A DNA stretch of 63,366 bases, counting the filler, from Atractiella rhizophila (taxonomy: Eukaryota): assembly GCA_021432655.1 (NCBI GenBank). It is 2 parts of 2 records of this genome, joined end to end, with 100 filler letters (N's around TTAATTAATTAA, not from the genome) between each part and the next. Parts side by side here need not be neighbours in the genome. Positions count along the whole stretch, not along the records: positions 31,750 to 63,366 come from MU271693.1; 1 more part is not named here. One strand, written 5' to 3'. Positions 61,878 through 63,366 of the stretch are shown in pieces. Both the position numbers and the translations under genes were made by a program. Under the pieces are notes generated by a model, which worked only from the letters and a program-made list of their open reading frames with translations, made no database searches and had not been told where the DNA came from. Numbering within the stretch: the first letter of the stretch is position 1; every line of letters starts with the position of its first letter.

Positions 61878-62468
61878 CGAGCTCGACGCGACGGCATCGT
61901 TCGTCGAGTGCGTTGTCGTCGGGTGATAAAAACCGGTCGCTGACCGCAAGTGCACATTCGCGTTGGAGGTGGATGTGGATCCGGACGCGGATGCGGAAGG
62001 AGTAGGAGAGCGGGGATAGGATGGACGAGAGAGTGAGGTGCGCTGCATTGAGAGAGAGATGGAAGTCGGTGTATCTGCGCGCGTAGTGGTGGTATACGGA
62101 GAAGTGAAGGAGAATTGGGATGTCGAGGGTAAATCTTCTTGCTTGACGCTGCGTCCAATTCCGCTGTCTACCTCCTCTTCCTCTCCATCCTCCTCCTGCC
62201 CACTTCCACTCATGCTGCCCGAACGCACCTTTGACTCTAACCGTCCGTCCGTAGAACTAGCTAGTTTTACACGCTTCCTGCTGCTCGTCCTCACCTTTCC
62301 ACTGCCACGTCCACTTCCCGTGCTCTCTTGCATCCATTGTGATAACCTCGACCGTGTCATCGGCCCATTGGAGCTCCCAAGAAGGGAGTGAGTGGAAGCC
62401 GAACGGGTAATCACCTGGGAAAGTTCAAGGCTGAGAGAGTAGAAAGATGGAGATATGTCACTAACCAT
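60022..62468 (-). CDS. F-box-like hypothetical protein with Ser-rich N-terminus (2 exons); a 5'-truncated copy lies at 58069-59923
   Basis: 560-aa ORF with LESLPTSVISHILSFL (F-box-like), ending LIAP|gtgagt, plus a ~240-aa second exon. Confidence 0.7.
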
Positions 62469-63177
62469 GATATAAAGCCAGCCGCTGGATCCTCTTTCTA
62501 TTCTTCTCTGGGTACAGAATTGGCCGAAGCAGGCGTCAAATGGTCAGGGTGGCTGGCTGAATCTCGCCCTTTGTCATTGTCATTCCTTGTCATTCCGGAA
62601 CCAAAAAGTTTAAGCATAGGGTTAGGGTTGGACATCCAAAAGAGCGGCTACTGGGAGGGGGAAGTGAAGCAGGAAGTGAAGGATGTAGTCAGCGGGATGG
62701 GTGGTAGAGCCATCAATCTATAGGTGCGTGAGCTGCGGCTTTTCCATTTCTACAGAGTCGCAGATCTCTCATTCCCTAGTCTGTCAGCTTGTTTCACTGT
62801 GTATGGAATAATTAAACTCTTACATGCCATCAAGACAAGAAGGAAGTATTTCCAGACAACTGTTTTGTTCGTGCTCTGCTCTCCTGCTCGCTGTTCTGCT
62901 TTTGGATACTCCTCAGGTGACCTCTTGAAGGCATCAACATAAAATGAATGGATTTCGTAAATCAATTTTCGTCCACAGGAATATGACAGATGGGTCTACG
63001 AAATCCAAGATCCAGGTGAATTCGTGAAGAGCAGTGTCATTTCGATTGTAACAAGTCTTGAAATCTGCTATATTTCGGCCTTGAATTAATTTACAAGTGG
63101 AATGCCACCAAGTATGTATTTAGGGACTTGCTTCGAATGAGTCAACGCTGATTATAAAGTAATATAAAGTCTCTTAA

Positions 63178-63300
63178 TCAGCCGCCAACGATGGCTCCTG
63201 TAACATCACTGACTACGCCCTGGATAACATCATCTCTGTTCCTCCTTCGCATCCACAGTCCGAAAGCAAGTATAATGCTTGCCAACTCTTCAGTTGTTAG
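63178..63300 (-). CDS. Possible last exon of a gene extending beyond the window
   Basis: gtgcag|LTTEELASIILAFGLWMRRRNRDDVIQGVVSDVTGAIVGG*. Confidence 0.35.
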   Translation of the reverse strand, partial: LTTEELASIILAFGLWMRRRNRDDVIQGVVSDVTGAIVGG

Positions 63301-63366
63301 CTGCACATTGTCGCTGAGATCGAGCTGATAGCGTCTATGCTTCTTTCTAACCCTGCCTATCTCTTG

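Noticed and set aside
62616..62631. TAGGGTTAGGGTTGG telomere-like motif
   Set aside because: Only two units; expected by chance.

Overview
This is eukaryotic, intron-rich, gene-dense fungal DNA (basidiomycete-like). Introns are mostly ~50-70 nt GT-AG, so the supplied ORF track fragments most genes. About 30 genes are recognisable: DTD1, cytosolic MetRS, an SVIP-like protein, an MFS transporter, a T5orf172/GIY-YIG-like protein, two F-box-like genes, Rab GDI, mitochondrial L1, SNU13, an ARP10-like protein, an RNase III with two dsRBDs, the 3' end of UBP3, a GST, a cluster of aldo-keto reductases (two with nonsense codons), an IMPACT-like protein, a trypsin-like protease, D-lactate dehydrogenase, an O-methyltransferase, a double Zn2Cys6 transcription factor, coatomer zeta and methylisocitrate lyase. 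Structure missed by six-frame translation: (1) Sequence flanking the N-gaps is written reversed but not complemented. Un-mirroring it restores the missing 5' exons of the O-methyltransferase and the Zn2Cys6 factor with correct splice phases; this is almost certainly an assembly bug. (2) An antisense membrane-protein gene is nested in a 1.25-kb intron of another gene. (3) Several 390-570 nt introns carry hairpins or box-like motifs and are candidate ncRNA hosts. (4) Three tandem duplications are each joined by a single non-templated A, probably unmerged contig overlaps. I saw no rRNA, tRNA, CRISPR array or intact transposon. All family calls come from motif recognition, not from database searches.
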